The notes below the pieces were generated by a model, which made no database searches, was not told where the DNA came from, and worked only from the letters and a program-made list of their open reading frames with translations. This document shows, in pieces, positions 20,952 through 32,640 of a DNA stretch of 64,000 bases. The stretch's first letter is position 1. Each line of letters begins with the position of its first letter. Source of the stretch: Alphaproteobacteria bacterium (GTDB lineage: Bacteria; Pseudomonadota; Alphaproteobacteria; GCA-2731375); contig CBDDBZ010000027.1 in the NCBI GenBank assembly GCA_965225945.1, positions 1-64,000 of the forward strand, written 5' to 3'. The position numbers and the translations under genes are program-made.

Positions 20952-21356
20952 TCACCCGCAAACGCGATAGAGCGCAATCGCGATCGCCTTGGCGGCGATG
21001 ACCAGGTCTTTCAGTTGCACCCGCTCGTCCGGCGTCGGCCATTCGTCGTAGTTGCGGATGTCGCCGGGGCCGTACTGCAGGCTGGCGACGCCGTGGGCGG
21101 CCAGGATGTTGCCGTCGCCGACGTTGCCGAGCCGGCCGACCGGCTGGCGGGTGAAGCCGCCGGCGGCCTTGGGGTTCGCCACCTCCATCATCTCGACCTC
21201 GAGGCCGATGTCGGCCATGTGCTCGGCCAGATAGTCGGCGATCTCGCCTTCCTCGAAGGTCGTGCTCGGGATGCGGATCAGATCGCGCTCCAGCCGCAGC
21301 ACGCGGTCGTCGTCGATCTGGGCCAGGATCCGGCCGCTCACCTCGCCATGGTCCAT
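20952..21356 (-). pseudogene. M20/ArgE-like peptidase with a large internal deletion
   Basis: N-terminus (DLIRIPSTTFEEGEIADYL) joined directly to the C-terminus (DGNIL...YGPGD...PDERV); catalytic core missing; 134 aa. Confidence 0.7.
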
Positions 21357-21388
21357 GGCTCCCCTCCCCCGACGCAGCCGCCCGAACC

Positions 21389-22571
21389 TAGTGTCCTGAT
21401 CGATAAATTGATATGATTATGTCTCTATTTGTTTTCAGGAGGCGCGATTGATGGCGAGAGTGGCGGTGACGATCTCTTTGAGCGATGACGAGCGCGCCGA
21501 ATTGGAGGCGCTGTCTCGTCGTCGCAAGACGTCGCAGGGGCTTGCGCGGCGGGCTCGGATCGTCTTGGCGGCGGCGGAAGGGTTGGAGAACAAGGAGATC
21601 GCCGTTCGTCTCGAGGCGAGCGCGGACACCGTGGGCAAGTGGCGTCGCCGCTATGCGGCGGAGGGCCTCGACGGTCTGTACGACGAACCCCGCCCCGGCG
21701 CGCCGCGTCAAATCGGCGATGACGCCATCGCGGAAGCGGTCCGGCTGACGCTGGAAGAGACGCCGCCGGACGCGACCCATTGGAGCCTTCGCTCGATGGC
21801 GCGGGCGAGCGGCCACGCGCCCTCGACCATTCATCGCATTTGGCGGGCCTTCGGCTTGCAGCCGCATCGCTCGGAGACCTTCAAGCTGTCGAGCGATCCC
21901 TTCTTCGTGGAGAAGGTCCGCGACATCGTCGGTCTGTATTTGGCGCCGCCGGATCGTGCCCTGGTTCTCTGTGTCGACGAAAAGAGCCAGATCCAGGCCC
22001 TGGACCGTTCCCAGCCCCTCTTGCCGATGCGCCCCGGGCAGGCGGAGCGGCGCAGCCACGACTACAAGCGCCACGGCACGACCTCTCTCTTCGCGGCCCT
22101 CGACATCGCCACGGGAGAGGTCATCGGCAAATGTTTCCCGCGCCATCGGGCCCGAGAGTTCCGCAAATTCCTCGACCTCGTCGAGGCGAACGTCCCTGCT
22201 GATCTCGACATCCACATCGTCATGGACAACTACGGGACCCACAAGACCAAGGCGATCCGCGACTGGTTCGCCAAACGGCCGCGCTGGCAGGCCCATTTCA
22301 CACCCACCAGCGCCTCCTGGCTGAACCAGGTCGAGCGCTGGTTCGGGCTGCTGACCGACAAGCAGATCAGGCGCGGCGTCCATCGCTCCACCAAGGAGCT
22401 GGAGCGCACCATCCTCGACTACATCGACACGACAAACCAGAACCCCAAACCCTTCAAATGGACCAAATCCGCCGATGACATCCTCGGCGCCATCCAGCGC
22501 TTCTGCCTCCGAACAATCGAAACCGCTGAACAACAGGCGAAAATCATGCGAACTTCGGAATCGGGACCCTA
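21389..22571 (+). mobile_element. IS630-family insertion sequence
   Basis: CTAG at both ends (TA duplication); imperfect IRs TAGTGTCCTGAT / TAGGGTCCCGAT. Confidence 0.88.
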
Positions 22572-22572
22572 G
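21448..22572 (+). CDS. IS630 transposase
   Basis: [34 protein letters not shown]. Confidence 0.95.
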   Translation: MMARVAVTISLSDDERAELEALSRRRKTSQGLARRARIVLAAAEGLENKEIAVRLEASADTVGKWRRRYAAEGLDGLYDEPRPGAPRQIGDDAIAEAVRLTLEETPPDATHWSLRSMARASGHAPSTIHRIWRAFGLQPHRSETFKLSSDPFFVEKVRDIVGLYLAPPDRALVLCVDEKSQIQALDRSQPLLPMRPGQAERRSHDYKRHGTTSLFAALDIATGEVIGKCFPRHRAREFRKFLDLVEANVPADLDIHIVMDNYGTHKTKAIRDWFAKRPRWQAHFTPTSASWLNQVERWFGLLTDKQIRRGVHRSTKELERTILDYIDTTNQNPKPFKWTKSADDILGAIQRFCLRTIETAEQQAKIMRTSESGP

Positions 22573-22704
22573 CATGGCGAGCGGCTTTCGCCGCCTGGCG
22601 CCATCGCCTATCGTCGGCGCGCCAGGGCGAGGGGCGCGAGCATGGCGGCAATGGCGAGCGCGAGAGGGAACGGCGATGGCGCCTGAAGGCAGGACCGGGT
22701 GGCC

Positions 22705-23583
22705 ATGACGCCGCCCTCGGACCATGCCAAGGGATTGCTCATCACCTCCCTCGGCGTTCTGCTGATCAGCCCGGATACCCTGTTGATCCGTCTCGCCGAG
22801 ATGGACGTTTGGACGCTGGCGGTCTGGCGCGGCGTGTTCCAGGCGGCCGGCGTGAGTTTCCTGCTGCTCTGCTTCTACCGCCGCCGCACGCCCGAGGTCT
22901 TTCGCGCGATCGGCTGGACCGGCGTGCTGCTGGCGGCGATCTTCGCGGTCAACACCATCACCTTCCTGGTGGCGATCCAGAACACCAAGGTCGCGAACGC
23001 CCTGGTGATGCTGGCGACGGCGCCGCTCTTCGCCGCGATCCTGAGTCGCCTCTTCCTGAAGGAAGGTGTCAGGACCCGCACCTGGCTCGCGATTCTGACG
23101 GCGATGGCGGGCGTCGGGCTGATCGTCTGGGAGGGACTGGGCCAGGGCACGTTCCTGGGCGATGCCCTGGCGCTGCTCGCCGCGCTGCTGCTGGGCGCCA
23201 AGTTCACCATCATTCGCAGCCGGCGGCGGATCAACCTGGTCCCGGCGATGGCGCTTTCGGGTCTCTTCTTCGCGCTCGCGGCACTCCCCTTCTCGCATCC
23301 GAGCGAGGTCGAGGGCCAGCAGATGGTCTGGGTCCTGCTGATGGGCTTCGCGGTGATCGCGCCGGCGACGGCGCTCACCACGCTGGGGCCGCGCTACATC
23401 CCGGCGGCGGAGGTCGGCCTGCTGACCCTCGGCGAGACGGTGTTGGGGCCGCTCTGGGTCTGGCTGGTGATCGCCGAGGCGCCGAGCGCGCTCGGCCTCC
23501 TCGGCGGCGCCATCGTGCTCTCGGCGCTGCTCGTCAACGCCGCGCTCGCGCTGCTGGAAGGGAGACGCATCGCGCGGGCCTGA
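22705..23583 (+). CDS. DMT/EamA-family transporter
   Basis: About 10 TM segments; GPRYIPAAEVGLL..ETVLGPLWVWL. Confidence 0.88.
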   Translation: MTPPSDHAKGLLITSLGVLLISPDTLLIRLAEMDVWTLAVWRGVFQAAGVSFLLLCFYRRRTPEVFRAIGWTGVLLAAIFAVNTITFLVAIQNTKVANALVMLATAPLFAAILSRLFLKEGVRTRTWLAILTAMAGVGLIVWEGLGQGTFLGDALALLAALLLGAKFTIIRSRRRINLVPAMALSGLFFALAALPFSHPSEVEGQQMVWVLLMGFAVIAPATALTTLGPRYIPAAEVGLLTLGETVLGPLWVWLVIAEAPSALGLLGGAIVLSALLVNAALALLEGRRIARA

Positions 23584-23746
23584 ACGGTCGCGGCGACGGC
23601 GCGCATCGCATCGGGCTGGTCTCGCAGTTCTGCCCGGCGGGCGAGATCGCGGAGCCCGGCGTGATTGTGAATATGCCAATGCTCACCTGGTCGGGAGGAC
23701 GGCGCTAGCTCGAATATGACAATTTCGTGAATGAGTGCTTATTGGC

Positions 23747-23778
23747 TTGCAGCCGTACCATGATACGGAGTCTACATT
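23747..23778 (+). promoter_or_regulatory. MerR-type promoter/operator
   Basis: TTGCAG-20bp-TACATT with dyad CCGTA-N6-TACGG in the long spacer, like the Tn501 mer operator. Confidence 0.7.
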
Positions 23779-23808
23779 GGACTTGTGAGCTGAAACGAGG
23801 TGACGGCT

Positions 23809-24249
23809 ATGTCGAGCATGACCATCGGCAAGCTCGCTCGCGAAGCAGGCGTCGGCGTGGAGACGGTCCGCTTCTATGAGCGACGAGGGTTGATCGAGCA
23901 GCCTCCGAAACCCGTGGGCTCTGGATTTCGCCATTACCCGCAGGACGCAGTGGAGCGAATCCGCTTCATCCGGCGGGCTCAGAAGATTGGTTTTACGCTT
24001 CGCGAGATTGACGAGCTCCTATCACTGCGCGCCGACCCGGCTACCGACTCTGCCGATGTGCGCGAACGGGCCTTGGCCAAGCTGGCGGAGGTCAATCGCA
24101 AGATCGCACACCTCGCAGACATGCGTGGTGCTCTCGAGGACCTCATTGCGGCCTGTCCAGGTGGCGGGGCGCTCAGAACATGCTCGATCATGGAATCGCT
24201 CATAAGCGCCAATCCGAATAAATCGCGCGAGGGAAACGACGAGAATTGA
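23809..24249 (+). CDS. MerR-family metal-responsive regulator
   Basis: IGKLAREAGVGVETVRFYERRGL HTH; C-terminal CPGGGALRTC loop. Confidence 0.92.
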   Translation: MSSMTIGKLAREAGVGVETVRFYERRGLIEQPPKPVGSGFRHYPQDAVERIRFIRRAQKIGFTLREIDELLSLRADPATDSADVRERALAKLAEVNRKIAHLADMRGALEDLIAACPGGGALRTCSIMESLISANPNKSREGNDEN

Positions 24250-24274
24250 ACATGAAAACGCTACTGGTTCGAAC

Positions 24275-25029
24275 CTTGCCTATCCGGTTATCACCCACAC
24301 CCACTATATGTAGTGTGCACCCATTTTCCTGAGTAAAGCTCGGTGCAGGTCGAAGCGGAGATATCTCCGGCGATGCCGAGCAGGGACTCGGACGGCATTG
24401 TAGCGCCTTTTAGGCGACACTTTAGCGTGGTGGAAATCCTAATCATTGAGTCGGATTTGGCAAAACGCCACGTTGCATAAAGGACCGTCACTTCATTGAA
24501 ATTTATCTGAAATCGGAGGTGAACGACACCGATGGAATATTCCAGGAAATCAGAGCTTCATTGAATTGTAGGATTCGAGTGCCGGATTATTCACAAATAG
24601 CTCTGTGAACTGGTTTTCAAGTTCGCTCAATACGTCATATGAAGTAAACGGATTGAGGATCACGTTCTTGCGTGTCGCTTCGTCTTCGCTGCGACTCAAA
24701 ACGCGCAGGAGACTAACAGGCGCGGACGGGTTCTTCGCAACGATTCGTGCCAGCGCGTCGCTTTCTTCGACTAGTGCCGTCAATCGCTCAGACGATGTCG
24801 TTTCATCAGCAGCTTCCCGTCTGGCCGTGGGTTTCTTCGTTTTTCCCTTGGTCGCCACCGTTCCGTCCCCCGATGTTAAGTACGTGACGTGAATTAAACT
24901 CCGGTTCGGTTTTCAGAACAATCAAGAATTAGCCGGATCGCCTCCTCAATGCGCCTGCGCCGGCCCTTGCCTGCAGTCCAAGGAGACACACTACATATAG
25001 TGGGTGTGGGTGATAACCGGATAGGCAAG
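24275..25029 (-). mobile_element. 755-bp non-autonomous IS1595/ISSod11-type cassette, copy 1
   Basis: 43-bp perfect TIR CTTGCCTATCCGGTTATCACCCACACCCACTATATGTAGTGTG; 8-bp TSD GTTCGAAC; no intact transposase. Confidence 0.92.
24550..24858 (-). CDS. Passenger protein, leucine-rich-variant/HEAT-like repeat (102 aa)
   Basis: Repeats VAKNPSAPVSLLRVL / VILNPFTSYDVLSEL / FVNNPAL; GGGGGA RBS-like site before the GTG; identical in copy 2. Confidence 0.7.
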   Translation of the reverse strand: MATKGKTKKPTARREAADETTSSERLTALVEESDALARIVAKNPSAPVSLLRVLSRSEDEATRKNVILNPFTSYDVLSELENQFTELFVNNPALESYNSMKL

Positions 25030-25345
25030 GTTCGAACCTGGCTGGTCCTGATGTTGGCGGTGCTTGGCGCAACCACCGCCTACGCTGTCACTCAAACTTA
25101 CAGGCTTCGAGTTGACGGCCTGGCCTGCCCCTTCTGTGCCTATGGCATCGAAAAGCAACTGAGCCGCATTGAAGGTGTCAAGTCCATCGACACCGACATT
25201 CGCGGCGGCGTGGTGACGCTCACCATGACCGACGGCGCGACGCTCGACGAAGCGACCGCCCGGCGGGCTATCGAAGCCGCCGGCTTTACGCTGCGCGGTT
25301 TTGAGCCGGTGCAGGCGAGCGCAAAAGAGTAGGCACCAATAAGCC

Positions 25346-26275
25346 ATGACCTTGCCAGTTGAAACCTTCGAGGCGTGGATACGGTGGGCATCGAGGGCCG
25401 GTACGGCGATCGCCTTGCTGGGCGGGACAGCCACGGCGTGGAGCGCGCCGATTACTTTCAATACCGCGCTGCCGGTCGCCGAAGGCGAATTCGTTTTTCG
25501 CGAACAGGTCGTTCTCAACCAGTCCGGAGATGATCCGAGCGCCGCCGACCGCGACCGGACGGCGTGGTCGGTGGTTTCGGTCCTAGGCTACGGGATCTTG
25601 GGCGATTTCGCCGTGTTCGGCGTCGTACCCTACGTGGACAAGGAGCTTTCGCTGACGACCGGCGGGACGCGGCGCAGCCGAGGTGCGGATGGCCTTGGGG
25701 ACATCAGTTTGTTCGGCCGATATACGCTGTTCCGCGATGATGCGCCTGGCCGCACATTCCGCGTTGCGCCGTTCGCAGGCCTCGAGTTGCCGACCGGCGA
25801 GGATGACGAGACCGACGCCTTCGGTCGGCTGCCGGCGGCCGTTCAGCCGGGCTCAGGTTCGTGGGACCCCTTCGGCGGCGTCGTGGCGACGTACCAGACC
25901 CTCGAGTTCCAGCTCGACGCACAGGTCAGCTACAAAGCCAACACGGCGGCGAACGGTTTCGAATTCGGTGACGTGGCGCGCCTCGACGGCTCTCTGCAGT
26001 ACCGTCTCTGGCCGAGGAAACTGGAGGCGGGTGTTCCCGGGTTCCTGTACGCCATCGGGGAAGCCAACCTCATTCACCAGGACAAGAACCGAAGCGGCGG
26101 CGCGAATGATCCCGACTCCGGGGGCACGAGGCTTTTTCTCGTCCCGGGCCTTCAATACGTCACCAAACGCTGGATTCTCGAGGCGGCCGTGCAGCTGCCG
26201 GTCATCCAGGACCTCAACGGCACCGCGCTCGAAAACGAATATATCGTCCGGGCGGGCTTTCGGCTCAACTTTTGA
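25346..26275 (+). CDS. Putative outer-membrane beta-barrel ('transporter' family) protein
   Basis: Signal peptide, GLGDISL, ELPTG, GSGSWD motifs, C-terminal Phe (RLNF). Confidence 0.75.
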   Translation: MTLPVETFEAWIRWASRAGTAIALLGGTATAWSAPITFNTALPVAEGEFVFREQVVLNQSGDDPSAADRDRTAWSVVSVLGYGILGDFAVFGVVPYVDKELSLTTGGTRRSRGADGLGDISLFGRYTLFRDDAPGRTFRVAPFAGLELPTGEDDETDAFGRLPAAVQPGSGSWDPFGGVVATYQTLEFQLDAQVSYKANTAANGFEFGDVARLDGSLQYRLWPRKLEAGVPGFLYAIGEANLIHQDKNRSGGANDPDSGGTRLFLVPGLQYVTKRWILEAAVQLPVIQDLNGTALENEYIVRAGFRLNF

Positions 26276-27075
26276 TGCTCCGGAAAAACATCATAAGAGG
26301 CCTCGTCGGGCTGGCGGTCGCCATTGCGGCTGTGCTTGCTGTTGGCTGGCTAGCTTTCGTGCCCTTGGCCAAGGAGCCCGAGTATGCGTTTCAGTTCGCA
26401 TGGGGCGAGAAGGGAAGCCAAGCCGGTCAATTTTCCGACCCGACAGGGATCGCCGTCACCGCCGATGAAGTGTTTGTTGCCGACGCTCGAAACGCACGCA
26501 TCCAGGTGTTCGATTTCGATGGCAACTTCAAACGACGATTCGGGGAGCGCGGAGAAGAACCCGGCCAGCTCGGCCGCCCCATGAATTTGGTCATCGTTGG
26601 GGATGAGATCTACGTTGCCGATTATTGGAACGACCGGGTCGAGATCTTCGGCCTTGACGGCACGCCGAGACGGACGATCGGGCGTCCTGGGAGGGGTCCC
26701 GGAGAATTCGACGCACCCGGTGGCATCGCCGTCGGCGACAACGGTGATCTGTTCATCGCGGATTTCTACAATCAGAGGGTTCAGCAGCTTCGCGCCGACG
26801 GCGGTTTCATTCGCCAGTGGGGCACGACGCGATCGGTCGGCATCTGGGCGGGAGAGTTCAATTACCCCACTGACGTGGCCTTGAGCCGAGACGGCACCCT
26901 GTACGTAGCCGACGGCTACAACGACCGGGTCCAGGCCTTTGCAAAGGATGGCCGCTATCTTCACAAATGGGGCGGCCCTTTCGCCATGAACATCTTCGGG
27001 CCGTTCAACGGCTGGTTCGCGACCACGACCAGCATCGCATTGGACAAGGACAGTAACGTCTTCGTTGCGGATTTC

Positions 27076-28354
27076 CACAGTACACGACTCGTTCATGCTG
27101 GCTTTGGCCTGGGCACCTGGACTGGTGGTTTTCCGGGGACGAGGAAACGAATCAGCTCAATGGCTTGACGCCTGTCGATAGGATTGACGAGCTGTCGCCT
27201 TATCCACTCGAAACCGTATCGGAAGATGGATTTTGCCATCCTTTTGTGGGTTTTGAGGCGGATCGGCTCGGCCTCGTGGAGCCAATCGCCGACTTTGTGC
27301 GCCCAGCAGAAGGTGATGGAAAGGACGGCGGTGAGCTTGGAGATGCGCTCCGGGTCGGTCATGTGGGTGTCTTCGAGGTTGAAGCCACGGGTTTTCAAGG
27401 CGGCGAAGAGGGTCTCGCTTTGCCAGCGCTGGGCGTAGATGGCCAAGGCCTCCTCGGGCGCGTCGTTGGTCACGACGATCAACAGTTCGCCGGTCTTGAG
27501 ATGGATGGCCTCCTCGCGGCGCGCGTCTGGTCACGACGAGACGGGCCGGTCCTGAGATGGAGCGCGGCGACGAAGACGGGCCTGGCCTTGGGTTTTCTGG
27601 CCTCCGAGAGGCGCCTGGCGTTGGAGAGGATGCGGCTTTCCCCGGGTTTGAGGTCGCGAAACAGCTCCCTCGCCTTGACCATGCGACCACGCGTGTTGGC
27701 GATCTTGATGTTGGATCGGATGCGGATGTGAAAGGGGATGGCCTTTTCCTGCAACCATGCCAGCCAGGCGTCGCCGATGAATTCCCGGTCGGCCAGGAGG
27801 CTGGCGATCTTGTCGACCCCGAAGAGCCGGAGGACGTGTTCGAGGATCGCGATCCGCTCCTTGGTATTGGAATTGCCCGCCTTGTCGAGCACCCGCCAGC
27901 ACACGGGAATGGCGATGGCGCGGTTGACGATGCCGATCATCAAGATGTTGACGTCGCGGCGACCCAGCCGCCAGTTGGTCCGGTCCATGGTCAGCCGCCA
28001 CGGCCCCGCCTGGAGCCCCATCATCGCGACCAGGAACTCGGCGAGGCGATCGTAATCGAAATCGACTTGCTCGAAAAACCGTTGCAGGCGCCGATAGTTG
28101 GAGCTGGATCGCGCGCGCCCCGGAAAGTGGCAGGCCAAGTGAGAGAGGTTCACCGTCCGGGCGACGAACACGCCGAAGACCAAGACGCAAAGGCTCTCCA
28201 GACGGCTCTTGCGAAAGGCGAAGCCGCATCGTAGCGTCTCACGCAGGGCGTTGATCGGGTTGTCTCGCATGATTTCCCTCTTGACTCGTCGTGGAGTGAA
28301 TCGGGAATCCTACAACCTTTTCAACGTCCTACGTAAATGCCGTCGTGTACCATG
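27076..28354 (-). mobile_element. IS4-family element (IS10-like)
   Basis: IRs CACAGTACACGAC / CATGGTACACGAC; 9-bp TSD GCGGATTTC. Confidence 0.88.
27093..28270 (-). pseudogene. IS4-family transposase, frameshifted by a noisy duplication of about 60 bp
   Basis: MDRTNW, LLADREFIG, Y..RW..E..F...K.RGFNLEDTH in two frames; imperfect tandem duplication at about 27438-27559. Confidence 0.85.
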
Positions 28355-28665
28355 GCGGATTTCTACAATCACCGGGTTCAGAAATTCGCTCCGGACGGAA
28401 CGTTTCTCGCGAGTTTTGGCGAGCATGGCAGCGGACCGGGTGCGTTCACCTATGCCGCCGCGGTGGCGGTCGCCGACGACGGCACTGTTTTCGTCGCCGA
28501 TTTTGGCAATAACCGCATCGAAAAGTGGCAACCGAGAAAATGATCCGCGTGTGAAACGCCCTCCAGCTCGCCGCGCCGCGGAGACCCTCGCGGCGCTGGT
28601 GGCGCGCGTCTTTGACAGCGAGAACCGAGCGGCGACATGATGGCGCCGGCGCGGCGGAGGCAGGC

Positions 28666-30360
<1,695 letters not shown>

Positions 30361-30425
30361 AGCGGTAATTCCAACCGCCATATAAGGCGACTCCCCGGCC
30401 GTCCCGGGGCCGCGTTTTCGCCGTC

Positions 30426-30483
30426 CCGAGAATGTTGAAAAGTACACGTGAAGCAAAGCGAAGGACTTTTTGACAGGGAACTC
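30426..30483 (+). repeat. Intergenic mini-repeat, copy D
   Basis: AATGTTGAAAAGTACACGTGAAGCAAAGCGAAGGACTTTTTGACAGGGAACTC directly before the ATG. Confidence 0.65.
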
Positions 30484-32001
30484 ATGGCGAGCGAAGCCGA
30501 AGGTCTCTCGCGCTTCCATCAGGTGATGATCCTGGTGTCGGTCTCGCTCGGCACGTTGCTCTTCGGCATGACGCTCACCGTCGCCACCGTCGTGCTGCCG
30601 CAGATCCAGGGCAGCCTCGCGGCGACGCAGGATCAGATCGCCTGGATCGTGACCTTCAACATCGTCGCGACGGCGGTGGCGACGCCGACCACCGGCTGGC
30701 TCGCCGCCCGCCTCGGCAGGCGCCGGCTGATGATGGGCGCCATCGCCGGCTTCACGGTCTCGACCATCCTGTGTGGCACCGCCGCCAGCCTGGGGGAACT
30801 GATCCTCTACCGGGTGGCGCAGGGTGCCTTCGGCGCGCCGATGATGCCGATGGCGCAGGCGATCATCCTCGATGTCTTTCCCCGCCGCCAGCACGCCTTG
30901 GTGACCATGTGCTGGGGCCTAGTCTCGGTCACCGGCACCTTCGTCGGACCGGTGTTCGGCGGCTATGTCGGCGAGGAGCTCGACTGGCGCTGGGCCTTCT
31001 ACCTGATCGCGCCCTTCGGTGTGCTCGCCTGGCTCGGCTGCTACCTCTCGATCACCGAGGGCCGCCGGGCGAAGTCGGTGCCGCTCGACTGGACCGGGTT
31101 CCTCACCCTCGTCGTCGCCATCGGCGCCTTGCAGTTGGTGCTGGACCGGGGGCAGAGCCGGGACTGGTTCGAGTCGGCGGAGATCGTGGGAGAGGCGCTG
31201 CTGGCGGTCGGCGCCTTCTACCTCTTCATCGTCCACAGCCTGACCGCGTCCAACCCCTTCATCAGCCTCCGCCTCTTCCTCGACCGCAACTTCGTGCTCG
31301 GTCTGGCGTTGGCCTTCGCCTTCGGCATGCTGTTCCTGGTGCCGACGGTGCTGTTTCCGCCCCTGTTGCAGAACCTGCGCGGTTTTCCGGAATCCAGCGT
31401 CGGTCTGCTGCTTTCGGCCCGCGGCATCGGCAACTGGCTCGCCTTCATGGTCGTGGTGCAGCTCACCAACTTCAATCCCCGGATCACGCTCGCCATCGGC
31501 TTCACCTGTCATGTCGCCGCCGGCCTGGCCATGGCCGGACTGGACATCAACCTGACGCCGGCAAGCGTCTTCTGGACCAATACCCTGCAAGGTTTCGGGG
31601 TCGGGCTGATCTACGTGCCGATGACCATCGTCGCTTTCTCGACCCTGCCGAGCCGAGATCTCGCGGAGGGCTCGGCGCTATTTCATCTGCTGCGCAACCT
31701 CGGCAGCTCCGTCTTCATCTCGATCTCGGTGGCGCTGGTGGTGCGGACCACGGCGACCAGCTACGCCGGCTTCACCGAAGAGATCTCCAACTTCAACGAA
31801 TTTTTCCGCTATGGCGCCCAAGCCGGGCATTGGAGCATCGACAGCGTCGGTGGGCTCAGCGCGCTGTCGGGCGAGATCTGGCGGCAAGCGGCGATGATCG
31901 GCTACATTAATGCCTTCTACCTCTACACCATCGCAGCGGCCATGGCGCTGCCCCTGCTGCTGCTGGTCCGCCCGCCCGAACGCACCCGGACGGCGGGGTG
32001 A
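30484..32001 (+). CDS. DHA2-family MFS efflux permease (EmrB-like)
   Basis: About 14 TM segments; GWLAARLGRRR, LQLVLDRGQ..DWFES. Confidence 0.92.
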   Translation: MASEAEGLSRFHQVMILVSVSLGTLLFGMTLTVATVVLPQIQGSLAATQDQIAWIVTFNIVATAVATPTTGWLAARLGRRRLMMGAIAGFTVSTILCGTAASLGELILYRVAQGAFGAPMMPMAQAIILDVFPRRQHALVTMCWGLVSVTGTFVGPVFGGYVGEELDWRWAFYLIAPFGVLAWLGCYLSITEGRRAKSVPLDWTGFLTLVVAIGALQLVLDRGQSRDWFESAEIVGEALLAVGAFYLFIVHSLTASNPFISLRLFLDRNFVLGLALAFAFGMLFLVPTVLFPPLLQNLRGFPESSVGLLLSARGIGNWLAFMVVVQLTNFNPRITLAIGFTCHVAAGLAMAGLDINLTPASVFWTNTLQGFGVGLIYVPMTIVAFSTLPSRDLAEGSALFHLLRNLGSSVFISISVALVVRTTATSYAGFTEEISNFNEFFRYGAQAGHWSIDSVGGLSALSGEIWRQAAMIGYINAFYLYTIAAAMALPLLLLVRPPERTRTAG

Positions 32002-32050
32002 GCACCATGGCGAGACAGGCACCACCGAGCCGATTGAAAAGGACAGCGAG

Positions 32051-32257
32051 ATGGACGAAGACACGCTCAACATGAGCATCCGCAAATTCTTGAAGAAGGT
32101 CGGCGTGACCTCGCAGCGGGAGATCGAGATGGCGATCCGCAAGGCGGTGGCCGGGGGCGGACTCGCGCCCGGCGCGCCGCTCGCGGCCCGGGCACGGCTG
32201 ACGGTGGATGGCATCGATCTCGACGTGACGATCGAGGGCGATCTGGACCTCGGCTGA
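32051..32257 (+). CDS. Small conserved protein (DUF6494-like)
   Basis: MDEDTLNMSIRKFLKKVGVTSQREIE. Confidence 0.75.
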   Translation: MDEDTLNMSIRKFLKKVGVTSQREIEMAIRKAVAGGGLAPGAPLAARARLTVDGIDLDVTIEGDLDLG

Positions 32258-32274
32258 GCCTCGCCCGGCCCCGC

Positions 32275-32640
32275 TCAGCCGTCCCCGCCTTCGCGCTCGA
32301 CGATGCGGTGTGGCGAGGCGTGGACGCCGTAGGTCTTGAGCGGCCGCTCGCCCACCACGCGGAAGCCGTGCTTGACGCCGGGTGGCATCACCAGCGTGGT
32401 CCCGGGGCCGATTCGTATGACGCCCTCCTGGCCCTCGACCCAGGCCTCGCCCTCGCCCTCGATCACGCTCACCACCTCGAGATAGGGATGCGAGTGGGTG
32501 CCGGTGGAATAGCCGGGCTCGGAGACCTGCACGCCGACGCGGACGGGCGTCGAGCCCTCGGCGTCTCCGACCAGGGTCTGATAGGTGGCGCCGCCCGGAA
32601 AGGTCTGCTTCGCCACCTCGTCCAGGTGGATGATCGGCAT
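32275..32640 (-). CDS. Cupin-domain protein
   Basis: HSHPYLEVVSVIEGEG...PPGVKH. Confidence 0.85.
   Translation of the reverse strand: MPIIHLDEVAKQTFPGGATYQTLVGDAEGSTPVRVGVQVSEPGYSTGTHSHPYLEVVSVIEGEGEAWVEGQEGVIRIGPGTTLVMPPGVKHGFRVVGERPLKTYGVHASPHRIVEREGGDG

Larger units (their letters stand above)
24252..25332 (+). pseudogene. Secreted heavy-metal-associated (HMA, MerP/CopZ-like) protein interrupted by the 755-bp cassette
   Basis: Removing 24275-25029 and one TSD restores MKTLLVRTWLVLMLAVLGATTAYAVTQTYRLRVDGLACPFCAYGIEK. Confidence 0.85.
26272..28543 (+). pseudogene. NHL-repeat protein interrupted by an IS4-family element
   Basis: Repeated G..PGQF..P.GIAV...YVAD..N.RVQ.F; the frame resumes after the IS as DFYNHRVQKFAPDG. 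Confidence 0.88.

Noticed and set aside
24291-24491. 66-aa ORF in the cassette as a second passenger gene
   Set aside because: Better explained as a decayed transposase tail joined to unrelated sequence; no convincing start
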